A stretch of 64,000 nucleotides of DNA, from positions 91,822,001 to 91,886,000 of the forward strand of contig NC_135888.1 in NCBI RefSeq assembly GCF_964194155.1, in the 5' to 3' direction. The first letter of the stretch is position 1. The number at the start of each line of letters is the position of its first letter. The DNA comes from Cetorhinus maximus (Eukaryota). This document shows, piece by piece, positions 51,177-63,570 of this stretch. The notes under the pieces were generated by a model that ran no database searches, had not been told where the DNA came from, and saw only the letters and a program-made list of their open reading frames with translations. Both the position numbers and the translations under genes were made by a program.

Positions 51177-51259
51177 TAAATGTAGTTTGCTTCTCCTTCA
51201 TTGCTGTTCTAAAGTTTAATTCACAGAAATTTACAATTGGAAATGTGATGTATTCTTTA

Positions 51260-51895
51260 TCTGCTGCAGTCCATGTGGTGTAAGGGAACCCTTGGCTGTT
51301 AGGGAGGGGGTGCCAGGTTTTTGGCTCGTCAGCAGTGAAGAAATAGTGATATAGTTCTAAGTCAGGATGGTGTGTAGCTTGGAGGGGGATTTGCAAGTGT
51401 CCCCATTCATCTGCTTCCCTTGTCCTTCTAGGCGGTAGAGGTCGCAGGTTTGCAAGTTGCTGTTGAAGGAGGCTTGGTGAGGTGCTACAGTGCACCTTGT
51501 AAATATGTGCTTGTGGTGGAGGGACTGAATGTTTAAGATAGTGCATGGGGTGCTGATCAAGCAGGCAGCTTTTTCCTGGATGGTGTTGAGTTTCTTGAGT
51601 GTTGTGGGAGCTGCACTCATCCAGGCAAATGGAGAGTATTCCATCACATTCCTGACTTGTGGCTTGAAGATGGTGGACAGGCTTTGGGGGGGGTATCAGG
51701 AGGTGAGTTACCCAGTCTCTGACCTGCTCATCTAGCCACTGTATTTATATGGCTTGTACACTTAAGTTTCTGGTTAGTGGTAACTCCAGGATGTTGATAG
51801 GATTGAGCGAGAGTATTGCAAGGAGACATAGTTAGATTCTTTCTTGTTGAAGCTGGTCATTGCCTGGCACTTATGTGGTGGAAATGTTATTTGTC
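51260..51895 (-). mobile_element. Family-B LINE fragment
   Basis: ORF 51357-51647 MMEYSPFAWMSAAPTTLKKLNTIQEKAACLI. Confidence 0.8.
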
Positions 51896-52389
51896 TGACA
51901 TAAAGCCTACTGCATTCTCCTCTACTTCACTCTTCCTTGCTGCTTTTTCTCCTTGTCCTTCAGCCACAGTAGCAGACCAAGAAGCATGTTCATGTTGTGC
52001 AGAAGCTCCTAGGCTATTTGCTCCCAGCTCCAAAAAGTAACCTGTAACAACAACAGCAAAAAACCCAGCCAGAAATAGGCACAAAAGGTCATCAGTTATT
52101 AAAAACAATGAATCAGGTACTTATCTAACCCTAGCCAAGTTTCAGGATTGATAGGCAGAGATTAGAATGGGTGAATCCAGTGCTGGAAAAATTGAAATTG
52201 GTGATAGGACCTTTGTTTCCACCTCAGGATTATGCATCTGCCAGTTTATGGTGTGTACCATGGACAACTAACAATGCACCCGACAAAAAGTGGCACCACA
52301 CACATTTGATGAACATCAAATGCAAGATCACCACCCAAACTTCTGAAGTTTAATACCCATTTTTTAGCACAAGGTCATAAGCTGAAGAC

Positions 52390-53200
52390 TGCCTCCTCTA
52401 CATTGGAGAGACCAAACGCAGACTGGGTGACCGCTTTGCGGAACACCTTCGGTCTGTCCGCAAGCATGACCCAGACCTCCCTGTCGTTTGCCATTTCAAC
52501 ACACCACCCTGCTCTCATGCCCGCATGTCTGTCCTTGGCCTGCTGCAATGTTCCAGTGAAGCTCAACGCAAACTGGAGGAACAGCACCTCATCTTCCGAC
52601 TAGGCACTTTACAGCCTTCCGAACTGAATATTGAGTGCAACAACTTTAGATCATGAACTCTCTCCTTCATCGCCACCCTCTTTCTGATCCACCTTTTTCC
52701 AATAATTTACATATATTTTTCTTTTCCCACCTATTTCCATTATTTTTAAATGTATTTCCATCCATTGTTTTACCTCCACCTTTTAGCCTATTTCGATCCC
52801 TTCCCCCATCCCCACTAGGGTTACCTGTACCTTGCTCATCCTGCTTTCGACCCTTAATGTCACCATTAGCACTTTTCTTAGCTAATATCACCACCGTCAA
52901 CACCTCTTTTCCTTTTGTCTGTGACATCTTTTGGTTATCGCCACCTGTTACTGGCCCTCTATCCAGCTCTACCTGTCCCCCCCCCACCCCGCCACCACCG
53001 CCCCCCCCCCCCCCCCCCACCACTTAAACCAGCTTATATTTCACCTCTTTTCTATTTTTCCTTAGTTCTGTTGAAGAGTCATACGGACTTGAAACGTTAA
53101 CTGTATTCCTCTCCGCAGATGCTGTCAGACCTGCTGAGTTTTTCCAGGTACTTTTGTTTTTGTTTTGGATTTCCAGCACCGGCAGTTTTTTGCTTTTATC
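52390..53200 (+). mobile_element. Penelope-like element 3' fragment, same subfamily as 21899-22891
   Basis: LYIGETKRRLGDRFAEHL...LEEQHLIFRLGTLQPSELNI; the antisense ORFs at 22163 and 52667 are near-identical. Confidence 0.9.
53064..53102 (+). ncRNA. Minimal type-I hammerhead ribozyme motif (A6U variant) in Penelope pseudo-LTR
   Basis: Stem I AGUU/AACU, core CUGUUGA, stem II GAGUC/GACUU, GAAAC-GUU with palindromic loopless stem III. Confidence 0.6.
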
Positions 53201-56200
53201 CTGAAAGTTACAATTGGATCTTCAAAACTTCTGCTAGCTATCTGATTTCTGAATTTTGGAGCTTTTAAACTGAATCATGAAATGAAACCATTACTGACAT
53301 TCCAACTTTATAAACTTGTCAGTGTATTTAGAAATGGTACTAGCACAACTGGATGAATCAGATGAATATGCACTCTGATTATACCACCCAATGCAATTCC
53401 CAATCAGTCGGAAAACTAGCTACAAGTTGTTTATTATTTGGGTAAGTGATTGACAGGGCCAAAACATACTGAAAGTCAAGGGGCGTAGAAGTGGAAATCA
53501 GGAATTGAATACAGACTAAATAATAGAATTCTGCTTTTGCAGCATTGACTGTTACAGGGTAATACTCTCCTGGAATTAATTCATATGGATGAAGACAAGC
53601 CCCTAGTGCAATACCCAGTCAAGCTACTTCCATGGTACACATAGCTGGCAATTGAAATGTTAGTATGTCAGATCATTGGGTCTTAAAAGCATATGATTTT
53701 TAAGGGAAGACATGGCATGACAAATCATTCGACTTAAGCATTGTCCCTCAATAAAAATATAGACATAAAATTCATTAGCACTCGTTTCCACATGAATGGG
53801 GTGGCCCACTGGAATTGCACACCAGAACGGGTAGGCCCATGCATCATCTTAACTGGTCCTCAGGCTTCATTATCTTCAGACCGGCAACCTGCAGGTGCCA
53901 ATCCAGTTGCAATTTTCTGAAAGGGGCCCGACAAATGTCAGCCAGTTCAGCCACCACCCGTAGTGCTCAGGTAAATTAGGTCGGTGGGGGGGGAAAAGTG
54001 ATTAGGGAGATGGGTGAGCACAGTCTGGAGTGTTAACATGGTGGCGGGAAGAACACTCCTACTCCTCCTGGTTCCATGTTGAGGTTAAGTATGAAATTTT
54101 ACCTGACAATATTGTCATTAGCCTCCAGTGGCCCTTTAATGACTGTTGGTGATGCCACTATATTTTTAGGAAAATGAGTGCTTGCAAGCTCCAACCAGTC
54201 TTAACAAATTTAGTAAATGGGCTCTGAAATGCGTGCAAGCCCATCAATAGTGAAATGAGGCCTCGATTTGTTTCAGGTGGCCACAGTAATTGCATGAAAA
54301 AAAAGCCCTGAAGAATTTAGCAATGCTCTGAAAATACTTGTTGATCGGGCATAGTTCATCACAAAGCTGTATTTATCATTGTTGCACTCATTTTACGATC
54401 ACAAAATAAGTGCAGCGATGCTGAATTCATCTCCCATATAGTCTTGGGTAGAATCCCAGGAATGAGTGACAGCATTTAGATATAGTTAGTCCACCCGAGC
54501 TATCCTTGTACATTATATCATATTAGAACAATATTAGTGCAGTTGACAACTTGATCAACTATCATTAGACACTATAACTGATTTGCACCAGATTATGTGC
54601 CTAATATTTCGATAATATTATCTTTTGAAAAAAATCCAAATGAAAATATCAATAAAGGCAAAGGATATCTTAATCTGATACACATAAGTGCCCTCTGCAT
54701 GCAGAAACATTTTATGCTACATGGCCTTATATCCTGAAGGAAGTAAGTACGGCAGCAAATTGGATCCCAAGGGAAATGTCACATTGGCTGTCTGAGGAGA
54801 AGTTGATCTACTAAAAGATCATTACTACAGCATAATGCTTTAATGCTTTACCATTGTAGAAATCAGTGAAAGAATGAAGGAGGCTGAAGAAATTACAGTA
54901 AATTAAAATGATTATTTAATTGCTGCAATTATGACTGCTTGTGTATCCAATTGGCTATTAAACACTCAAAATTATAATGACCCTCAAGAGTATTAAAACA
55001 ATTTGGAAAAGCTACAGCTCTCTAAGATTCTAGGATTATCCACATTCCAAATTTTACTTATTTAAAAAAAAATGGAGTTTCACATTTAAGTTTTGATTGG
55101 ACTGAGTCTTGTGAATTGAGAGTGAAGTAAAATTTATTTTAAATGTGCTTGTGCTGACTGTGTGTGATATAGTAATAACTGCGCCTCTAATGCAGAATAA
55201 CTCTGATTCCTAAGTTTTTAACAGTTGAAATTTAAAGAAGTAATGATGCTGATACATCATAGATATAAGATAAACGAGAGTTGATTTTCAAATATATTCT
55301 TCAGCATTGACTCTAATTGTAATGGCCAGGGAACAGTATGGTAACACCATAAGGGAGTGCAATAAATCATTTTTTGAGTACCCCCAACAGTCCAACTGCA
55401 ATGTGACAAAATATGAAAGAAGTAGCTGCTTCGTGTTGGTGCTCAGCTTCGTCAAGGCCATAACTTCACCAACAATAAACATCACAAACCAAAATTAGCA
55501 ACATTGACAGCAATATCAGTACGTGACAGAAGAAGTTAATGTTTACACCGCATTGCCTTCTGCACTTCTGCAGGTGTGCACTCAGCTCTATCTCACCGCC
55601 TTCCACTGCCTTTGCTTTGGCACACTGTCGCCTGATTTTTCATAATGTCAGAAGGGATCCATGGCTAAGACAAAATGGCCCCAGAGGCCCAGATTCTGGA
55701 AGTCCTGCCCCTGAACCTGGCACTCATGATTTTCGCTGGGCCGGGTGAGGAGGGAACTGGGATGGGTTGTATTTTGAACAGCCGGAGACATGTAAACATG
55801 TAGCTGACTTCACACAGGCCCAATTTTCATTATGGGGATTCCCAACACATGATTCGTGGGCTTTAGGCATCTGAGGGAAAGATATAAAATGGCCGGAGCT
55901 ATTTGGAGAGGTAAGGCGCTCCTTTTTGAGAGGTGAGGTGCCCTTTTGGAGAGCTCAGGTACCCTTTAGGAAATGTCTAGTACCCCTTTGGAATTATTAA
56001 GAGTAGACATGAATGTGCATAACATGTGAATAAGCTCTGTGGAACCGTCAAACTGTCAAACCGCTTAAAGCACAGAATCCTCAGAATCACAGAATCCTTT
56101 ACAATGCAGAAGGAGGCCATTCAGCCCATCAAGTCTGCACTGGCTTACTGAAAGAGCAATCTACCTAATCCCACTCCCCTGCCTTATCCTCGCAACCTTG

Positions 56201-57897
56201 CACACTCTCTCTTTTCAGATAGCAATCTAATTCCCTTTTGAATACCTCGATTGAACCTGCCTCCACCACCCTTTTAGGAAGTTTGTTCCAGACCCCAACC
56301 ATCCACTGGGTGAAAAAAATTTTCTTCACATCACTTCTACTCCTTTTGCCCATTATTTTGAATCTGTGCCCGCTAGTTCTTGATGTACTCTTGAGAGGGT
56401 ACAATGTCTCACTATTTACCCTGTCCATATCCCTCAGGATCTTGAATACCTCTATCAAGCCTCCTCTCAGCCTGCTTTTCTCCAAGGCAAACAGTCCCAA
56501 CTTCCCTAATCTCTCTTCATTCTTGTGAATCTCCACTGTTCTCTCTCCAATCCTTTCACATCTGTCCTCAAGTATGGCACCCAGAACTGGATGCAGTATT
56601 CCCGATGAGACTTGACTAGTGTCTTATACAAATTTAACATGACCTCCTTGCTCTTGAACTCAATGCCCCTATTAATAAAACCTAGGATACCAAATGTTTT
56701 TTCAACTGCTGTCTCAATATGCCCTGCCACTTTCAATGACTTGTGTATATATACACCAAGGTCCCTCTGTTCCTGCACCTCCTTTATTTTATATTGTCTC
56801 TCCACATTCTTCCTGCGAAAATGAATCACCTCACATTTTTCTGCGTTGAATTTCATCTGCCACTTGTCTGCCCAATCCACCAATAATTCTATGTCCTTTT
56901 GAAGTTCAAGACTATCCTCATCACAGTTGACAACGTTTCCAATCATCGCATCATCTGTATGTTTTGAATCCTGCCCTGCACACCACAGTCTAGGTCTTTA
57001 ATGTATATCAGGAAGAACAAGGGTCCCATCACTAACCCCTGAAGAACTCCACTACAGCCATTCCTCCAGTCTGAAAAACAACCATTTATCACTACTTTCT
57101 GTTTCCCATCACTCAGCCAATTTCTTATCCAAGTGCCTAATTTCCCTTTTATTCCATGAGTTCGAATTTTGCTCACAAGGCTGTTGTGTGACACTGTATC
57201 AAAGGTCTTTTAAAAACCCATATACACCACATCAGCAACAATGCCCTTATCAACATTCTCTGCTACCTCCTCAAAGACTCCAGCAATTTAGTTAAGCATG
57301 ATTCCCCCTTAATGAATCCATGTTGGCTTTCCTTAATTATCCCACACCCGCCTAAGTGTCTATTGATTTTGGCCCGAACTATAGTTTCCAGAAGTTTCCC
57401 CACCACTGAAGTCAAACTGACCGGTCTGTAGTTACCAGCTTTATCCTTGCACTCCTTTTTGAACAAGGGTGTAATATTTGCAATTCTCCAGTGCTCTAGC
57501 ACCATCCCTATGTCTAAGGAAAACTGGAAGATTATCACCAGTGCCTCTCACCTCCCTCACTATCTTTGAATGCAATTCATCCAGTCCTGGTATCTTATCT
57601 CTTTTAAGTAAAGATAGCCTTTCTAACACCATCTCCTTCTCAATTGTAAATTCCTCAAGTGCACCAGTTACTTCCTCTCTCACCTCAGCCTGGGTAGCAT
57701 CCTCTTCCTTTGTAAAGACAGATGCAAAGTGCTCATTTAATGCCTCCGCTACTTCTCCTACCTCCACATGCAAGTTTCCTTTTTTATCCCTAATCAGCCC
57801 TACCTATTCTTTTACCACCCTTTCATTATTTACATGCTTATAGAAGGACTTAGCCTTTATCCTGCTCTCTCCTTGTTTTTCTGATGAGGTTTTTTCA

Positions 57898-58357
57898 CTC
57901 CCAGACAGCTGCCCCAGGGAGCTGCAGACTTCCACAGACTAAAGGACACTACAAAAATGCTGCAAAATAAGCCCATGCAGCACAATCAAACACATGAAAG
58001 CATACCTCATAAAAAACCGGTACACAGATATCTCTTTTTATATTATTTCCCCACGGAGATTTTATCCTGCCCTGGATCGAGATTTCAGCAAAAATGTGAA
58101 TGCCGTCTGGGAAAATGGCCCGTCCGCCAACCGAAAATGTGGACGGGCCACATAAAATCATTGTTAATTGCATCGTTAATGGGCTTAATTACTCACATAA
58201 TTGTCAATGGGCGTGCCTCCGACTGCCGTGCACGCCCACCGAATGAAATATCACACGAGTGCGAGATGACTTCAGGACGCTCGCTCAATGTCATCTCACA
58301 GTTTTTCACATACTTTCGGGTCAGGCACGCCCGCCTGCCGGACTTAAAATTCTGGCC
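57898..58357 (+). mobile_element. Hairpin MITE right-half fragment
   Basis: Starts at the hairpin and ends AAAATTCTGGCC|TAT. Confidence 0.8.
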
Positions 58358-58774
58358 TATAATTCTTGCACCTGTCTGTAATTTCTTTGCAAATTTGTTT
58401 CTCTACACTCCTGCTAGTTGGTGGTCTATATACTACACTGATCAATGTTATTGCACGTTTTTCATTCCTTATCTCTAGCCAGAGAGATTCCATCTTTGAC
58501 CCTTCTGGAACATCCTCTATCTCCAGTACTGTAATGCCATCTTTAATCAATACTGCCCTTTTCTTCCTTTCCTGTCTCTCCTAAATACCTTGTGCCCAGA
58601 AATATTTAACGCCCAGTCCTCCCCTTCTTTGAGCCAAGCTTATGTAATAACAATAATATCATAGCTCCATTTGTCAACCTGTGTCTGTAGTTCACCAATC
58701 TTATTAAGACACTCCATGCATTCACACACAGGCACATTAATCCAGATTTAGGCTTTTCAACTTCCCCCTTGCTC

Positions 58775-58962
58775 TGGAATTAATGGTCAGCCAGTGTGAA
58801 ATGTGCACTGAAATGCTCAGCGCTGCTGGAGTGGGGGCAGGAAGAGGGCAGGCACTGACATAACTAAGGGTGTGGGTGAGCACTTCGAGAGAGCTCCCTG
58901 AAGGCAGGCAGCTGCCCCAGGGAGCTGCAGACTTCCATAGACTAAAGGACAGGACAAAAATA
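58775..58962 (+). mobile_element. Hairpin MITE internal fragment, no TIRs
   Basis: Matches 14520-14690; overlaps the previous fragment by ~55 bp. Confidence 0.8.
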
Positions 58963-60074
58963 CCATTGAATGACTTGCTATAGCCTACCCTAGTTCTATT
59001 AAACTCTCCAAGTATTCTATTTACCTTGGTATTACTCTCTGACATATCCTTCTTATCAGTTAAGACTTCTCTACTTCCCACTGCCAGTTTTTCTCCTCTC
59101 CTCTCTGAATTTCCCCTCAGGTACCCATCCCCCTGCCAATCTAGTTTAAACACTCCCCAGAAGCACTAGCAAACCTCCTGTGAGGACATTAGTCCCAGTC
59201 CTGTTAAAGTGTAACCTGTCCTTCTTGTACAGATCCCACCTGCCCCAGAACTGGTCCCAATGCCTCAGAAACCTAAAGCCCTCCCTCTCACTCCACTTCT
59301 CCAGCCACATGTCGAACTGCTCAATCTTCCTATTCTTAAACTCACTAGCATGTGGCACTGGGAATAACCCTAAGATTACTGCTCTTGAGGTCCTACTTTT
59401 CAATTTCCTTCTTAACTCCATAAAATCTGCTTCCAGGACATCGTCCCTTTTCCTGCCTGTGTCATTGGTCCCAACATAGGCCGCTGGCTGCTCACCCTCC
59501 CCGAAAAGAATATCCTACAGCTGCTCTGTGACATTCTTCACCCTGGCATCAAGGAGGCAACATGCCATCCTGGAGTCACATCTACGGACGCATAAACGCC
59601 TGTCTACTCCTCTAACTATGGAAAGCCCTACCACTATAGCACTTCTGCTCTTCCTCCTCCCCTCCTGTGTGACTGAGCTACCCATGGTGCCATGAACTTG
59701 GCTCTTGCTACAGTCCTCTGAGGAACCATCTCGCTCACCAGTATCCAAAATGGAAAAGCAGTTAGAGAGCGAGATAGCCACAGGAGATTCCTGCACTACC
59801 TGCCTGTTTCTCTTAAATGCTCTGGTGGTCACCCATTCCCTCTCTGCCTGTGTACTTCTTAGCTGTGACCACCTCTCTAAACATGCTACCCACATAATCC
59901 TCAGCCTTGCGGATGTACCACAGTGACTCCAGCCACCGTTCAAGTTCCACAACCCGGAGCTCAAGTTTCTGCAGCTGGTGACACTTCCTGCAGATGTAGT
60001 CATCAAGGGCACTTTGTGCCTGACCATGATGATCAATTTTGCACTGTATACCACACAAACTCATGAACGGGCCT

Positions 60075-60690
60075 AAGGCCATCACTTTCAGCACTGAAAA
60101 GTGCCCAGTCTACCTCAGGTTACCTTGGAAGGGCAAGGTATCTCAAAAATTTGAGCAACAGGTGAAGCTAGAAGTTTCACGCTGCTACTATGCAGTGACA
60201 ACACGAGTGGTATTCACCACTAACAGGATGCTGCCTACCATACAAATGAGTAATGTGGTATATGAATTTCAGTTCCAGTATGATGCTAGGTAAGTAGGCC
60301 GTATGTCCCAATGGCTGGCGGGTCGTATCAAACAGCATGTCCCAGCTGCTGTTCGCAATGGGCAGGGTGCAGACTGTACCCAACCAGCCCGTGCTTGCAA
60401 AACTCAAAACATTAGATGTGATTCCGCGATTGGACAACATTTGCTAAATAATCCCCAATGTGCTAAGGATTACGCTGACAATCAATTTAGATTGTCAGTT
60501 GGGCTCACAATGTGGCACATTTGCGTTTACTAGAAGCTTCATATATTAATACACAGAGCCCTGTTCTTTGCAGACAGAGAGAACACTGCACCTGTTTCAG
60601 CTAAACAAAATAAGTGACAGCCATTCGCTGACTCATTCCTCAGGGCAAACCTTGACTAATCAGGGTCTAGCTGCCTGGTTTAAATTTCAA
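60075..60690 (+). mobile_element. Second Penelope-like family, GIY-YIG region
   Basis: KCPVYLRLPWKG...SNVVYEFQFQYDAR*VGRMSQWLAGRIKQHVP...SAIGQHLLNNPQC. Confidence 0.8.
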
Positions 60691-60714
60691 ACATTGCTTG
60701 GCAGTTAGTTGTCA

Positions 60715-62340
60715 GTCAACATCAGTGTGCGTTCTCCTGCTCATGCTTGGTGACTCACCATCTGTGGATCCCACCTCCATACCACCTTCTAAGATATGTG
60801 CTGTGCTAGTATCTGAGCTGGTGGCTGTGAGTGTCAAATTGAATGACAGTGCTTCTTCTTCAGAGGCCTGTCGCATTCTCACCTTCCTTGCGAAGCTGCA
60901 CCGACTGGCCATGTGGCAGCTTTTAGGTATCTGAAAGCAGAAAATCAGGAAGGGAAGATTGGGGTGAGGGAAGGGGGAGCGGTGGGGTAAAAAGCCAGAG
61001 CCCCATGGTCACACAATTTATATTTTTCATTGTGTGCCAGATAGCAGGATGAGGGTGAAGTGGGATTTGAGAAGCGCTGTAAGGCTGAAACATACCATCT
61101 TCCTGAATGTTCTCAGCAGAGCTGAATGCAAAGGCTCCTGTGATAGCTGGCCCCCTGATGCTGAGTACAGTCTCCTTCAGCAGGCTGAAGTTATTCAGGT
61201 GTGCCTGTCCCCCTCCAATTCTTGTGCTGCACCCTGTGATTATGGGCCATCTTGCCCTGCAAGAAAGAGAGAGAGCAATGTCAGTGAGTGTGGTGCACTG
61301 TGTTTGAGTTATGTGCCTGCCACAAGTGAATAGGTGGGTCTGCAAAGAGGCAGGTGTGAGGCTAGCATCATTGGTAGGCATGTGAGGATGAGGAAGAATA
61401 TCAGAATGTTAGGCCTGAATGCTGATTACTGGGGATTTCTGAGCGGTGAGTAATGGGGTTGTGGTGCATTGAGCTGGTTGAAGTTGGTGGTGCGGTGGGC
61501 TGTAGATATGAAAATGGATTCACGAACCTTGATCACTTGTGTGGTGTCATTGAACTTCTTGTCGCATTTCCCGCCATGTTCTTGGGATCATACTCTGGGA
61601 ATGGCCCCCCACACCCCCCCACTGCCCCCCCACCCCGCCCATGCGCTCTCATTTCCCATCTGAGGGCGTTCCTTGAGAACCTCCAGCAAACCCATGTGGA
61701 GAGATTGAGCCGACTAGGCCTATATTCACTGGAGTTTAGAACAATGAGAGGGGATCTCATTGAAATGTATAAAATTCTGAAAGGGTTGGACAGACTGGAT
61801 ACAGGGATGATATTTCCTCTGGCTGGGGGTCTAGAACAAGGGGTCACAATCTCAGGATACAGGGTAGGCCATTTGTGACTGAGATGATGAGAGACTTCTT
61901 CACTCAGAGGGTAGTGAACCACATTGAATTCTCTACCACAGAAGGCTGTGGAGACCAAGTCACTGAATATATTTAAGAAGGAAATAGGTAGATTTATAAG
62001 CGCTAAAGGTGTCAAGGGGTATGGGGAGAGAGCGGGAGTGTTGCATTGAAATAAAGGCTCAGCCATGACCACATTGAATGGCAGAACAGGCTCAAAGGGC
62101 TGAATTACCTACACCTGCTCCTAGTTTCTACGTTTCACCTCCCCACACCCTGTCCCACCACCTCAAACCCTGGTCTCAGAAACGTGATATCTGTCCTCCT
62201 GTCGACACCCTGGACAAAGCCTCCAGTGTCACATCCGAAAATGTGGGAGCTCTCTCTTCTCTTTTGCTCCTCTTGGGTGCTTCTCATTGCCAGCCAAACC
62301 CTACAGAGACAATCAGCAGCAGCTTCTTTACAATCAGTGC
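60715..62340 (-). pseudogene. Harbinger Myb/SANT partner relic, interrupted by a CR1 3' fragment
   Basis: ERAPTFSDVTLEAL near 62210-62260; RIGGGQAHLNNFSLLKETVLSI; EEEALSFNLTLTATSSDTST, similar to 45370-45440. Confidence 0.7.
61695..62132 (+). mobile_element. CR1 3' fragment
   Basis: ERLSRLGLYSLEFRTMRGDLIEMYKILKGLDRLD; colinear with 38825-39250. Confidence 0.88.
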
Positions 62341-63134
62341 AGCTCTCCTTTAAGGGGGGCAGGCTACCTTTAAGAGGTGCAGACTAGTAGGAACACATGC
62401 TGGTGACATATGTTGCTGGTTTTAGCCGCCTGCCGTGTGGGTCATCCTCGGTTGAATGCTACAACCATGGAAATGAGGGGGTAGCACAAAGTTTGCATGC
62501 TCTATCCCTCAATGGGACTAGCAGTACATGAATCCTGACCCCCGTGTCCAGAAACGAAAGCAGACCATGTCTTAGCCCTATAACTTCATAGAACCGTGAT
62601 TTTTTTTTTTCTCTCTGCAACTGTGCTGTGCCTACCCAGCTTTACCTGCCTGACCTCAGTGGTCACCTTTCCAGGTCAGTTTTGATCAAGTGGCTCCTGC
62701 CTTGAGGCATTCCACTCCTGTCCTTCAAGTAAGTTTTCTCGTGCTCCAAGGCAATTTTTTCTGTTTAATCAATGGGTAAGGAAATGAACTTTCCTCCATT
62801 GACCTTCCCTAAATTAGCATAAGCTACATAAATCAGTCTTCTCAAGCTGATCGGAAATTTAAGCTGGCATTTGACTCGCATCCAGATATACTTTTTCTAT
62901 TGCATGGCCCAAATCTTCTGCTCAGGGTCGGATCCCCTATTTCCGGACCCCTATTTCTAGGCAAGCTTCCTATGGAAGATCTGAATTCACTCAGTGCAGG
63001 AAACTTCAGAGATATCAGTGAAGGGAATCCGCGCAGGAGTCCTGTCTCCTTTATAGGGCACTAGCTGCTGTATTCTGGTAAGTGAAGAGCTTAAATGTCC
63101 GAAAGCTTCTTTGAAAAACTACAGAGAGAAGATA

Positions 63135-63570
63135 AGTGGGTAAGGGGCTAGGGCGGATGAGGTAAGGGGATAAAAGGGTAGCGTGGGTGAGGCAAATGGG
63201 TGGCAGGTCGGTAGTGTGGGTGGGCTGGTAGATGCCTAGAGTGGCAGGGAGTCAGCTGGGTAGAGTGGCAGGTGGGTAGAGTAGCAGGGGGATGGAGTGA
63301 CAGGGTGACACATGGTTTGGGTGGTAGGTGGGGGAGGTGGGTTGGTGGGTTATGGATAGTTAGGTCAGGTCAGGAGGGAGTCAGGGGTCTGGGGGCAGGG
63401 AGTGGGGTGGAGTCAGGTGGTGGGGGCTAGCCAGGCTGGGTTGAGGCAAAGTTGCAGAGATGGGGCAGTGAAGGGGTCAGGGGTCAGGAGGTCAGGGGGC
63501 TCGTGTGGGGAGTTGGTGGGGGTCGGTGGCGGGGGGGGGAGGGTGGTGTGGTTTGCAAGATGGTGGGCCA
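63135..63570 (+). repeat. G-rich low-complexity tract, possibly the interior of a ~1-kb non-autonomous element (~62906-63953)
   Basis: Strong G skew with many GGG runs; weak TIR-like ends GGCCCAAATC / AAATTAGGGCC. Confidence 0.6.

Larger units (their letters stand above)
56070..60054 (-). mobile_element. Near full-length CR1 LINE (ORF1 Zn-finger/leucine zipper/GDSL esterase; ORF2 APE-RT), internally rearranged
   Basis: YICRKCHQLQKLELRVVELE; AIVVGLSIVRGVDRRLC; DRLHFN; ESLWLEIRN...VVYRPP; NYRPVSLTSVVGKLLE...QHGF; (GATTCTGT)n-type 3' tail at ~56070-56097. Confidence 0.92.

Noticed and set aside
51900-52045. Minus-strand exon with a strong acceptor (TTGTTGTTACAG)
   Set aside because: Truncated by a LINE and resembles the 5' region of Harbinger transposase genes; no host protein recognised.
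52653-53027. Proline-rich / glycine-rich ORFs
   Set aside because: Produced by a poly-C tract in the Penelope 3' region; similar ORFs occur in the other copy.
55305-55340. Possible 36-nt host micro-exon (TTCTTCAG...ATG|GTAACA)
   Set aside because: Splice signals are weak and the peptide is not recognisable; would need RNA-seq.
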